Source: Podarcis gaigeae (taxonomy: Eukaryota). From it: DNA of 64,000 bases. The stretch lies in assembly GCA_964106915.2 (NCBI GenBank), contig OZ066915.1; one strand, given 5' to 3'. Position numbers and translations under genes: made by a program. Positions 50,334-62,230 of this stretch are shown here, one piece after another. Position 1 is the stretch's first letter, and every line of letters begins with the position of its first letter. The notes under the pieces are model-generated. The model was not told where the DNA came from. It did not search any database and worked only from the letters and a program-made list of their open reading frames with translations.

Positions 50334-51696
50334 TTTCTTCCTTTCTTCTTTGGTGATCACTCGTAGCCGAGTAAGATTGTCTTCCATAGACACAGTTTTA
50401 ACAATGAGTTCGCAAGTGACTGTGGAGGCCATTTCTGGACCCACACGTCCTTCCACAGTGGAGACATTGGTTTCTGGGTGGGAGTTGATCACGGTGTGGA
50501 TTTGCCAAGCGTGCCTTCCTCTTAGTATGTTTCTCCCTTGCGTCCTGAGTTTGAGTGTCTTCAAAGCCCATGACACCTTTGGTAAAGGCTGTTCTCCAAC
50601 TGGAGCGCTCGCAGGCCAGTGTTTCCCAGTTGTCAGTTTTTATACTACATTTTTTTAGATTTGCCTTGAGACAGTCTTTAAACATCTTTTGTTGACCACC
50701 AGCTTTATGTTTTCCATTTTTAAGTTCGGAATAGAGTAGTGGCTTTGGAAGACGATCATCAGGCATCTGCACAACATGACCAGTCCAACGAAGTTGATGT
50801 TGAAGAATCATTGCTTCAACACTGGTGATCTTTGCTTCTTCCAGTACACTGATATTAGTTTGCCAGTCTTCCCAAGTGATGTGTAAAATTTTTCGGAGAT
50901 ACCATTGGAGATGGCGTTTATAAGTGGTCCATGTTTCACAAGCATATAGTAAGGTTGGTAGTACAATAGCTTTGTAAACAAGCATTTTGGTTTCCCTTCA
51001 AATGTCCTGGTCCTCAAACAATCTGCACTTCAATCGGGAGAAAGCCAGACTCGCAGAGCTCAGACAGTGCTGGATTTCAGCATCAGTGTTGGCCCTTGTG
51101 GAAAGATAACTGTCTAAGTAGAAGAAGAAGTCAACATTTCCCAACGTTACACCATTGAGTTGGATTTGTGGCGCTGCAGAGGGGTTATTTTGTACTTGTT
51201 GGTGTAGCACTTTGGGTTTTTTTGGATGTTGAGTGATAGGCCAAGCTTTTCATAAGCTTCTGCAAAGATATTTAGGATGGTTTGGAGGTCATCCTCTGAG
51301 CGTGCGCACACTACGTTGTCATCAGCATACTGAAGCTCTATGATGAAAGTTACAGTAACCTTACTCTTTGCTTTCAGCCTGCTCAGATTGAAGAGCTTCC
51401 CATCTGTTGGATATATGATTTCTGCTCCGGTGGGGAGTTTCCCTTCGACAAAGTGTAGGATCATGGCAATGAAAATAATGAATAGAGTTGGGGCAATAAC
51501 ACAACCCTGTTTAACACCTGAGCCCACTGTGAACGGTTCACTTTGAGAGCCATTGTTATCTGCGATTGTTGCTGTCATATTATCATGGAGGAGCTGAATG
51601 ATGTTTACAAATTTATCTGGGCAGCCAATGTTCAGAAGGACAGTCCATAGGGCATTACGATCTACAGTGTCGAAAGCCTTAGTCAGGTCAATAAAC
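50334..51696 (-). mobile_element. 5'-truncated RTE-clade LINE (RT plus C-terminal Cys/His motif), frameshifted
   Basis: FIDLTKAFDTV, GVKQGCVIAPTLF and LQYADD motifs, then LRWTGHV and CLHCGRTC...LHSHLRTH, spread over three frames. (AAG)-type tail. ACCATC flanks at 50328-50333 and 51697-51702. Confidence 0.93.
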
Positions 51697-52063
51697 ACCA
51701 TCACAGCACACTTGTTCCTATAGGGTTGTCACTTTCAGAACATAAGCCAGACCCACACACTGTTTGATCCATCAACCAGAACACAGCCTGCTGCCAAAGG
51801 CAGGCTGCAGCAGCAGGAAATTAACTGGGCAATGGGCTGCATTTAGCTTGTTGGGTAACAAGTTGTGCAGGCCTCAGTTTTTATGGGAAAGTGAAAGAGA
51901 AGGTTTATGGGCATTGATAATGTGCTTCCTCGTGCAAGCACAGATCTGCTCTTCTAGGAAAACAAAGTCAGGGAAACTCACCATTTAATCAGAGCAGAAC
52001 GAGAAAATCGGCAGGAATTATATTTGAGCCGACTACGTGAGAAATAAGAAAAAATAAATTTTA

Positions 52064-52450
52064 GAGACGTGGGTGGCGGGCGCTGTGGTCTAAACCACTG
52101 AGCCTCTTGGGCTTGCCGATCAGAAGGTCGGTGTTTCGAATCTCCGTGACGGGGTGAGCTCCTGTTGCTCGGTCCCAGCTCCTGCCAACCTAGCAGTTCA
52201 AAAGCACGTCCAAAAGTGCAAGTAGATAAATAGGTACCGCTGCGGCAGGCAGGTAAACAGCGTTCCTGTGCACTGCTCTGGTGTCGGTGTTCCGTTGCGC
52301 CAGAAGCGGCTTAGTCATGCTTGCCACATGACCCGGAAAAACTGTCTGCGGAATAGACAAACATCAGCTCCCTCGGCCAATAAAGTGAGATGAGCACCGC
52401 AACCCCAGAGACATTCGTGACTGGACTTTACTGTCAGGGGTCCCTTTACC
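52064..52450 (+). mobile_element. Sauria SINE, full length (different subfamily from the 12352 copy)
   Basis: Head GTGGCGGGCGCTGTGG...TTCGAATCTCC; shared core AAGTGCAAGTAGATAAATAGGTACCGCT; 3' end CCCTTTACC. Confidence 0.88.
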
Positions 52451-54394
52451 GGTTTTTTAGACTGCATCAACAACAGGCAAGGTGGTTTCTCTCAAAGCAA
52501 TCTGCAGTAATTAACTCTTCCCTCCTGCCTGATACTCCCATTGTTTCATGGGAATTCCACTCAAAATCTGTGCAGCTTTTGGTGGGATTTTGATTGTTTT
52601 GGTTTTGCTATTTTCAATAACACCCCATAGCCCCTCCCTTCTGCTCCCTTATAGCAATGAGGAGGCAGTTTCCTTCTTGAGGTCATTAGCGTCGCTTGTA
52701 CTTTTGTGAGCATTTGAATATGAAATAACTGATCTGATGATTAATAGATGGAGCAGCCAAAAAGGCATAAATAAAGAATTTCAATCAGAGCCACCTGCAT
52801 ATTTTTCTCCATTTTAAGGAAGAAATGTGCATAGTTTTAAATATTGTTTGATAAGTATGTTAAGGTGAATCTTAATTTTTGTATCAGAGCTATGTTTTCA
52901 TTGGTATGAGGTGATGAATAGTGAAGGCAGTCAACACAGACTCAGTTCTTACAGCCCTGTCTCTGTGTACTAATCTGCTCATGTCTCTGGTGATCAAGCC
53001 CTGAGCCTCCACCAGCAGCTCTCTCTGTCTGCCTACAACTCTCTATGGTTTCAGTCTTACCTTCTTCCCAGCTCTCCCTTTGGCCTTGGCCATGATCTCC
53101 TCATTCTGGGCTCCTTCTGCTTTGAAATACTTTGGCTTTGTGTGTGTGTGGTGTGTGTGTGAGAGAGACGGAGGCTGATGTGAATAGGAAAATATATTGA
53201 AACTTCCTTCCTTTCTGCCGTCCCCCAGTTTGCCATGTGATGTGTTTTAGACTGGAACTCTTCCTTCCTAGATGACAATGTCTTTAGTCATGGACAAAAA
53301 GCAACACAATGATCATATAATGAGAACATACATTCTGGAAATGCAAGAAGGTTCACTTGCAGTTAAATGCAATTACTAAGCATCTGCACTCTGGAGTAGT
53401 ATGTATAAATATAAAATCCAAATCTTATATTGTCACTATATAATAGCACATCAATGGGAAGCTAGTATGACGATGTTTCTTTAGAAAACCTTAACGAGGA
53501 TCCACTGATATATTGACATATGAATAATTCATTTTTTGTTATATTCAGCGGTTTCTCCAACTCATGCAGACATTGGGAACTTGGCAAACCCCAGAATCGC
53601 AAGAGTTTTAGTTTTCCATTAAATGTCAGTATACCAATATACAATGCTGCAGATCCTCATGATGTCACTACATTGATCTGTTTAACATGGTCCCACACTC
53701 AGACGGAGGGAAGCGAGACTCCTTAGCTCTTTCTTACCATATCTCTGTCCGGTCAAGTATTATGGTGTGCTAGAAATGATAAGTGAGAAACAAGTGCAAT
53801 AAAACCGAGCCTCTCAGATGCAGATAAAATTTGGGCTCTTTTTATCCTACCTTTCTCACAATACTAAAGAGGAGGAAGAAGCTTTTCATTGATCACACTC
53901 TCTCACATGCAGTGGAATTTATAGAAATTGCTCTCCCCATATTTTGCTGTAATAGAAACCCATGACTGCTGTGGATGGGACAGGCATTTGAATTGCAGCT
54001 TAGAGATGTAAAAAATAAAACAAAAACCCTGTTTGAAAAAAACCTGCAACATATTCTAGACTCATGCATGTGAGTCTAAGCTGAAATTGGTTGTAGACCT
54101 CCCCTCCACAACCTATTGCAAGAAAACAAACAAAACCCATCTTAATCTTTCAATTGGGGTATAATCAATGACAAGAGGCAACTCAGCTCACTACTAGACC
54201 AGACCAGAGATTGGAATGATGCTTGGCAGCATTGTCTAAGCATCATTTAAGCTTCTGGAGGCTGACTTCCTTTGTAGGGAATAAGCTGGGCCAGTTGCTC
54301 TTCCCCCCCGCCCCAATTTTGGAAATACTATATGTTCTTCTTTTCCTTTTTAAGGGCAGGCAATGTCTACCACCTGGTTTTGGAGTTGGTCAGT

Positions 54395-54498
54395 GTGAGC
54401 TCTGTCATGGATGCTTTAGCTGAGATTCTTGCATTGCAGGGGGTTGGAGTAGGTCACCTTTGGGATCCCTTCCAACTCTACAGTTCTGTGATTCTATG
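54395..54498 (+). mobile_element. CR1 LINE extreme 3' end
   Basis: GGGGTTGGAGTAG...CCCTTCCAACTCTACAGTTCTGTGATTCTATG, the CR1 terminal (ATTCTRTG) repeat. Confidence 0.75.
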
Positions 54499-54942
54499 TT
54501 CAATTATGTATGGCTGTTACAGAGTACTTTCCAGCTGAGATTATTCACTGATATACAAAAGTATTTCAAAATAGTTCAGAGTTTTCTTGCCTTTTCCAGC
54601 TATTGCTCTCCTACAAAACGTTAACTGGGAAGCTTTGTGAATTCCATTAAACTCAGTGAAAATACAGATCCTTGAACTCTTTAGAAATGCGGAGCAAGGG
54701 CCAGAAGATGATTCTGGGGAGCAGTCTCTGGAGATTTGCTGATGGAGGTTGGGTCAACTCTTTTTCTTTAGCTGTATTTTTATTGCTGTGGCCAGCAGGA
54801 GTCCAGGTTTTACTCTAATGAGCTCTGTGGGGGCAAAGTGGGATTGGCTGTTGCCAGGACTATCTTTAGATTTTGTCATGGCAACCCCCGTGTTCTGGCT
54901 ACCTTCCTCTTTGCTTTGAGGTTCCTGCCTTTCATGGTTTGA

Positions 54943-55149
<207 letters not shown>

Positions 55150-56675
55150 TGAGGCTGGAGAAAAGATTTGGGTGCTTGATTTGTAAGAGCCATTGCTTGT
55201 GTCTTGGGAATCGGGAACACCAAGGTTTGGGAGGGCTGGTCCCACATTTGGTATACCCCAATTTTCTGCAAAACCAAGCGAACAATTGTTACCAGTCTTC
55301 CTATTCTTTGCTATCACCACAGGGACTTCTAGATAACATTTAGAGAACTTGGATGCGTTTAGAAGTCACTCTGATGCGCTGTTCCACTCACTTTCCTGAT
55401 ATTCCCAACCCTTTCTCCCCTTCATGATAAACCAGTTTAGTGCAGAGGTGGGTTAATGGTTTTAGGGAGGTGCTGATAGAAGGAGGGACTAAACGGCTGA
55501 AGGATGATGGAACAGCGTAAACAATTGAATTCCTACATGGAAGGGAAACAAAAAAAAAGGCAATTGTCATTGTTCAACCAGAATTGTTGTGGCACTGAAT
55601 TACAGTATTTCCCAGGATCTCAGTGGAGGTGGCATGGCTGCAGCTGCATTAAATTGGTGCATTAAGTTGGTGCAAGGTTCCCTCCCCGCCCATTACAGCT
55701 CATTAGTATGTAGCACATTTCTTCCTTTGGTCTTTGCTGGAGAAAAATCAGTAGGCACAAACAGATTCAGGTACATTCCGTGGAGGTAAAACCTGCAGGC
55801 CCTGCCTAGCCCCGAGCTACGAGCTGCTGCACCATGGATGAATTATGGCTGCCATTGCCTGGCACTGCTGTGGCCCATGTGTCAGGGGAGCTGTAGTTTA
55901 CCCGCACTCCAGAAGGAAACCCAGGTTAATGACAGTTACATAGACCTGTTTGTCAGTCAAAAGTGATGCTTCACTGGGATCTTGCCAGACTTTCACTCAG
56001 CAAGTCATTGTGGCGCAGAGCTGTTTTTCGTGGGATACCATCCCTCATTAAGATAAAGAAAGCTTGAATTGTTTCCAAGCAAGTTGAGAGCTATGCAGAG
56101 ACTGCAAGTGATCGGCCACTGAGAGGTGATTTATGTTATCGCTTACATGCACTTCGCTCTTTGCCTCTGTCTAGGGACGTCCCATATCTATAAACGTATA
56201 TCGCTACTGTAGAGCATATATCACTTTGCAAGGATGTAAGGAGAACAGTGCTTTGTCGCTGTTTAAACATTTTTTTTCTTAAAACCCAGCTCTGTATATC
56301 CTTGTTTCGGTGTACTGTCTAATCGCCATTGCGTTAAGTTGGTCCTATGGGCGACAATGTTTACTTAATTCTAGCTACAGCTCTTACATGACTTTGGGAT
56401 TTGGCAGGGGCCAGGTGAGGGAATAATTTAGGAGAGCTCAGGTGGTGAAGTCATGGAATACATGAGTTTGTTGGGAGAAAGGTTAGATATGGAAGGAACC
56501 CATTCCTAATATACTGCTGCCTTTGCCACAGACTCTCAGCTGTAGGGGCTGCCTGAAGCTTGGGATGGGGTTTGGCTCCTTTCCAACACCAAGGGATTCT
56601 GTAGCCAGAAGCTTTTTTATTTTTGCAGCTCTTCTGCAGAAGCCTCAAAGTTCTGCAATAGCCCACTCTTTAAGG

Positions 56676-56838
56676 AAGGGTTGTGGATCATGCTTTGCAT
56701 GAGAAAGGTCCCGTGTTCAATTCACAACATCTCCAGGTATGACTGAGAAGAAGCCCTGCCTGAAACCCGGAGGAGCTGCTGCTGGTCAGACAGTTCTGAG
56801 ATAGATGGACCAATGACTTGACTCAGGCAACCTCATAT
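56676..56838 (+). mobile_element. Decayed tRNA-derived squamate SINE
   Basis: TGCTTTGCATGAGAAAGGTCCCGTGTTCAATTC...CCTGCCTGAAACCC...GAGCTGCTGC...AGATGGACCAATG. A similar copy lies at ~60630-60730. Confidence 0.55.
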
Positions 56839-56899
56839 ATTAGTATCTTTACTGGGTCTGTGACAGTACAATAAAGATAATAACTCTTGAATTTATATT

Positions 56900-57085
56900 C
56901 TAGAGTTTTTAGGAGACCCCTGTTCCCTTCACAGAACTTAACATTCAGCCAGGGAATCTCTGGGAATTGTAGCTCTGCAAGGGGAACAGGGGGTCTCAGT
57001 TTTCAGCATCTTTAATAAACGGCACTACCCAGGATTCTTTGGGGAAAGCCATGACTGTTAAAGTGGTATTGTAGTGCTTTAAATG
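56900..57085. mobile_element. Palindromic MITE-like repeat remnant
   Basis: Internal inverted repeat GAGACCCCTGTTCCC (56913-56927) / GGGAACAGGGGGTCTC (56982-56997). Confidence 0.55.
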
Positions 57086-57666
57086 TAGCCTTAGCCTTAA
57101 ATGTAAAGTTCCTATATAGCCATGACCAAGAGAAGGCTCCATGTAGCGTTTCAAGCAAAGGTGCACAAATTTTTGAGAATGTGGTGCTGTGTGGTCTGGT
57201 CTGGAAATACACCTCAAACTGTGTGTAGGAGACACCGGGAGCCCATGTGGTGCTTTAAAAGAACCCCAAAAAGTCTCTCCTTCAAAAATATCTATGTGCA
57301 CTGAGCTCCTGGAATAGATAAATTGCATTCCAAGCTGGATAAAGGAAGGGTTGACTTCATGCTGCTGGAATTTGGCAGCGCCATTTGTCACCACCCAAAT
57401 CCAATGGACTGGCTCTTTCCATTCCTCCATTCCTTGTGCATGGAAGCACAAGTATATAAATCTGTCCTGCAGGTTAGTTACCAAGCTCTTAGAGCTGCTT
57501 TGAGGAAGAGGAGCAGGATCACATCAGTTGCTGAAGTTCATTTCCATGCAGCGTTCTCCTTTCCTCTTCCCACATCTCTGAAAGGTACAAAGCAATCGAG
57601 CCTACCAGAACGGTTGCCATTGCAGATGGTCATTAGTGAGCCAACATATACCGAGTTCTAATGATA

Positions 57667-57671
57667 ACACA

Positions 57672-57730
<59 letters not shown>
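57667..57730. repeat. Compound (AC)n(AG)n microsatellite
   Basis: Direct reading. Confidence 0.95.
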
Positions 57731-57732
<2 letters not shown>

Positions 57733-58584
57733 AATGTTGTTTTATGTGCTTAAGCTTCTGGAAAGCATGGTCCTTGGATATATTTGAACATTGATCCCCA
57801 GATTTTCTGCATTCGGAGAAATGGGCTCTACAGTCTCAGGGCAGCATTCTTTCACAGCACAGATCAGAATACACATGTGGTGGCTTTTCCCCAATTGATT
57901 TGGGGACAAAATATTTAATCCGCTATCCTTAATAACTAAGCAAACTGTCCCTAAATCTCCTGTACTTGCTCTTGCTGCCCATTTACCGGCCCAAGGCTGC
58001 TCCATAGAGACATTTTGACTTTCCTCCTGACAGCTGCTTGCATGGCTATTGGGGGGATGGAAAAGGCCTGATTTTATGCTTGAATCATGGTGCCAGTGCA
58101 TGTGGCAAATAGATTTATCAGAAAAGTTTATTCGCGTGAATTGTCTTGAGTATGGACCAGGCAAAGCCTGATGCTTTTGCTGTCACCCAATTTCTATTCC
58201 TCTCATTTATAAGCGATTCAGTGGAGGAATTCCTCCCATCTGCTACCCAGATGGTCTTCTGGAAAGACTCAATATAACAGTGACCCCAGGCCATTGCCTC
58301 ACTTTCCACCAAGCCTTTTCTTCCTCCCCTTTCCACCTTTGCTCAAGATATATAAGAAACTGTGACCCATTATTTTGTTCTTTTAATCTCCTTTGCCGCT
58401 TGCTTGCTTGCTTGCGTGCTTGCTTGCTTGCTTTGTGCTTGTGTGTTCTGTTGCTTGTATTATACAGTTCAAAATTCTTCAATAAAAACTTATTACAAAA
58501 AAGATAGCTCTGACAATATGTGAGAAGGAAACCTTCTTGCTGGTTTTTATTTTGTTTGGAGTGGCAGTAAGCCAGGCTTTATTT

Positions 58585-58587
<3 letters not shown>

Positions 58588-58615
<28 letters not shown>
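58588..58615. repeat. (AC)n microsatellite
   Basis: Direct reading. Confidence 0.95.
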
Positions 58616-59447
58616 GATAAAAACAGACTGGTCAAAAACTGACCATATGGCAAGTTTTAGTTTGAGAGTTTATGAAGGAGAATGAGAATGAGAATTTCCC
58701 TAGACAATAGAAGGGTGCATTCCCTATAGACATGCTATTGCTGACTATGATGTAAATTTGTAGTTTAGTTCATCGTGTTCAGACTTGGTTCTTAGAGCTC
58801 TTCAACCATTACATCTCATACGAGCCATTGTCATTTGAGCCAAGTGCACCACGGTTGCAGCCACCTACCTTTACCCTGCTCCCTGTTCCAGTCTCCTCAG
58901 TACAAAAGAGCAATGTATGTAACCAGCAGCAAGAGACAGCTCCCATCAATTGATGTCTAGAATATTATTTCTCTGAGTAGCTTTAAAGGGGTGAGGATTG
59001 CAGGTGGTTGTGAAATGAGAAGTAGTAGTCAAGATACTTGAAACAGGCTTCCCCACAAGCACTTTGCCAGCAGGGAAATATATGGTCCCACCCCACACTG
59101 TAGCAAAAGCACATGCAAATCCAGCAAGTGAACGTACTTGCATTTTTGTGTGTGTAGCCTTTGGTGAATTTTTGCAAAAACATGTCTTTGGAGAAGGACC
59201 TGACAAGGGAATGCCTCTGCAGCTGGGGCCTGAGTTTGTGTCCTTGAGTCAAAATGAGCTGTTGATGACTAAAACAAAGGAAAGAAAGAATGGTGGTATC
59301 TTATATTTACTGCCTTTCCTGTAGGGAAGGGTTTGTAGGACCACCTCTGATTTGCAGCACTAAGGATGCCCCCCAGATTTGGATTATGTTTGTACACTTG
59401 CTGGTCGGCCCACATGTCCTCAGATAGGCATGAATTATTCCCATGGG

Positions 59448-59820
59448 TGTGTCAGGGACCAGAAGAGGTGTTGGAGCTAAGGACTCCAAATCAGAAGAGG
59501 GAGAGCATATGTGGTCAGTTCAGAAGTGCCGCTACTCAACAAGCTTGCGGGGACCAGTGTCCCATCAGTCAGAGGATGTGACACTGCCATCCTTCGACTC
59601 AGAGAACTCTGTTGAAGACCTAGTAAGACCAGACGCTCTCCCTCTCCATTGCAGAAGTAGCTCTGCTGGAGAGGACTCTACTCAAAGCAGCACCTTCCAG
59701 TATGGGCAGCGGGGCTCACAATCAGGATGCAACTCTTGCTGCTATATAGAGCCGAGCTCTGCTCTCCCATAGCTCAGCGCTTATCTCCAGCCTGAGCCCT
59801 TCATGAGATGAACACTCACA
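59448..59820 (+). mobile_element. Possible solo LTR
   Basis: TG...CA ends, flanks ATGGG / ATAGG (4 of 5 match), TATA-like CTATATAG at ~59742. Family not recognised. Confidence 0.35.
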
Positions 59821-61584
59821 ATAGGTGTAGCATACAAGGATGTAGCATTAGCTAGCCTCTTGTGACAGCTACACAGCAACAGCACAAGGCCCTTAAAGGA
59901 ATGAAAAGAAACCCTGCCAATCATCTGTAAGGGAAATGATATATTGATTCAGCACCACTGAAGGCCGAGATCAATGTGCTGCTCTTCTTCTCCCTCCTCT
60001 CTCTGTCCTTTCCCAGCTTCCTTCATCCTTGCTGCCCAGGTGTTGTTTGTGGCAGAGGTAGGGACAGGCAGGCATCGTGGAATCGGCAGGCCCGGGCAGT
60101 GGTGCTTTTGTTGAGGCCTCGAGCGCCATTCATCAGCCTCCTAATGAGCCATCCCAGGGAATGGGAGAGCGAAGCAGATAAAGAGGAGCATTGAAAAATG
60201 CACAATATTAGGTGCCTGATGAGCTAAATCTCATCAATAAGACACTGTGAGCGTTAGATAGTTTGGCTCATGCTGCTTCAGGCTTTCTCTCCACATATGC
60301 AGGCACTCATATGCAAATGCCAATGTTTACACTTTACTCTGCATCCTGCAGCTTCTCTTAATCTGTTGAGGGTTAAAGGAGGTGCTCTTCTCAAGAGCAT
60401 TTGGTCTTTTGGCCCTTCTGCTTTTCGCAGGAGCTGGGGTCTACAGCCACTGTGCCTACTTAATATTGGCCAGGGAAAACTGTAGATAGGAGAACTCCTG
60501 GAAACAGTGCTGAGTTGTCAGTGGAACAAAGGTAATGGAAACATTTGCAGACAACATTTGCAGAGCAGAGCAGGCCTCTAGATCCTTCAGTTTATTTGTG
60601 AGATCTCAGCCCTGCATTTGTGTCAGAGGGCCAACTGATCAGTGGTAGAGCATGCAGAAGGTTCAAGCTCTGGAATCTCCAGTTAAAAGGCTATTGGGTC
60701 AGAGGACCTGGAAACATCTCTACCAGAGATTGTGGTGTTTTCAGTAAGAGTTCGGAGTAGTGGTTACAGTACTGGGCTGGGAGAACCAGAGTTGAAATCC
60801 CTAGTTGGCCTTGAAGCTTACTGTATTGGGCTTCTTGTACGCTGCTTAGCGATGATTGTGATTAAGCAGTATACAAATAGTTGAAAGGAAATGAAATAGA
60901 TTCATTTTGATAGGTCTACTCTATCTAAGTTACTAACGACCATTACTTTTAATGTGCCTACTCTGAGTAGTTTTTGCATTGGATAGAATCCTATGTTAGC
61001 TTTCCTCATTGTGGCACCCTCTTGATGTTTTGGATTATACAAACTGGCAGGGGCTGATGGGAATTTCACTCCAAAAGATCTGGAAGGCACCAGGCTAAAT
61101 TGAGGAAGGCTGGGCTATGTGCTGGAATTGCCATACTTCCAGGGTTTGGGGAGGAGCCATCTCAGCAAGTTATCGGTGGCTTTCTTCGTGTTTTGTCTTG
61201 TATTTTATGCTCAAATGTTTGGTTTTGCCTCAGATCCATTCCTTCCAGGAACTGGGCTCAGAGCCATGAATTCTAAAAGCTCATCCCATACTGACTGTGC
61301 AGTCACTGTCCTGTTGCATAAAACTGTGTTTTGGTCTATGTCATTTTTAAAAGATTGAGCGCAGACTTATGATGAGCCCAGGAAAAGCATTGTCTTCTTG
61401 CACAGAGAGGTTGTTAGAGCTATGTGGTAGGTGCTGGCTGGTGTCTCGCTGTCAGCTGCTAAAGTGCTTCTCATCTTGGCAGATCAGCACATAATTCCTG
61501 CTCCAAAGCTGTTGGGGAGCATGTGGTGTTAACATAAGTCCTTGCCTAAAGATGCCAAGCTACCTTTGCCTGGTTTTATGGGTT

Positions 61585-62230
61585 TAGTTACTATTTTATA
61601 CTTATTTATTAATATCCCATCCTTCCTCCTAAAGGAGCCCATGGCAGCAAGCCACATCCACAACAAAACATTTTTTTTAAAGCATCCTGAAAACAGCTAT
61701 GGTTAAAAACATTCTCTCATCCAATGATTTTGCAGTTGCCAGGAGCACTGTCCTTCAGCTGTCGAATGCCTGGGTAAACAGCAGTATTTTCAAACTCCTC
61801 CTGAAAGTCAATAGTGATAGAGACAATCACACCTAACCATGGCATTCCATGAACAGAGCCACCACTGAAAAAGCCCTGTCATAGGTCGCAGCCCCCTTCC
61901 CTCAGTCACAGCCAACAAGTCCTCACTAGATGTTCATTGGGGCTGAGATAGGTGATAATGGGGAAGGTGCTCTTTTGGGTTGTTGGGTCATTTAAGGTTT
62001 CATATGCTGGCACTAACACCTTCAATTGTGCCAGTAGCTCATTGGTACTCAGTGCAGTGCTTTCGGAACTAGCGACACATGGTCTCATTGGACTGCCTCA
62101 GTTACCAAACTAGCAGCCTCATTCTGTACTGACTATAGCCTCTGGACTTTCTTCAAGGGCAGGTCCTTATACAGCACATTACATTACAGTAGTCCAGACA
62201 GAAAGTCACCAAATTATGGGGGTTTGCAAA
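61585..62230 (-). mobile_element. Decayed L2-clade LINE 3' portion
   Basis: TTTA tail; minus-strand remnants LVTFCLDYCN and AQLKVLVPAYETLN resemble the L2 ORF2 C-terminus. Confidence 0.7.
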
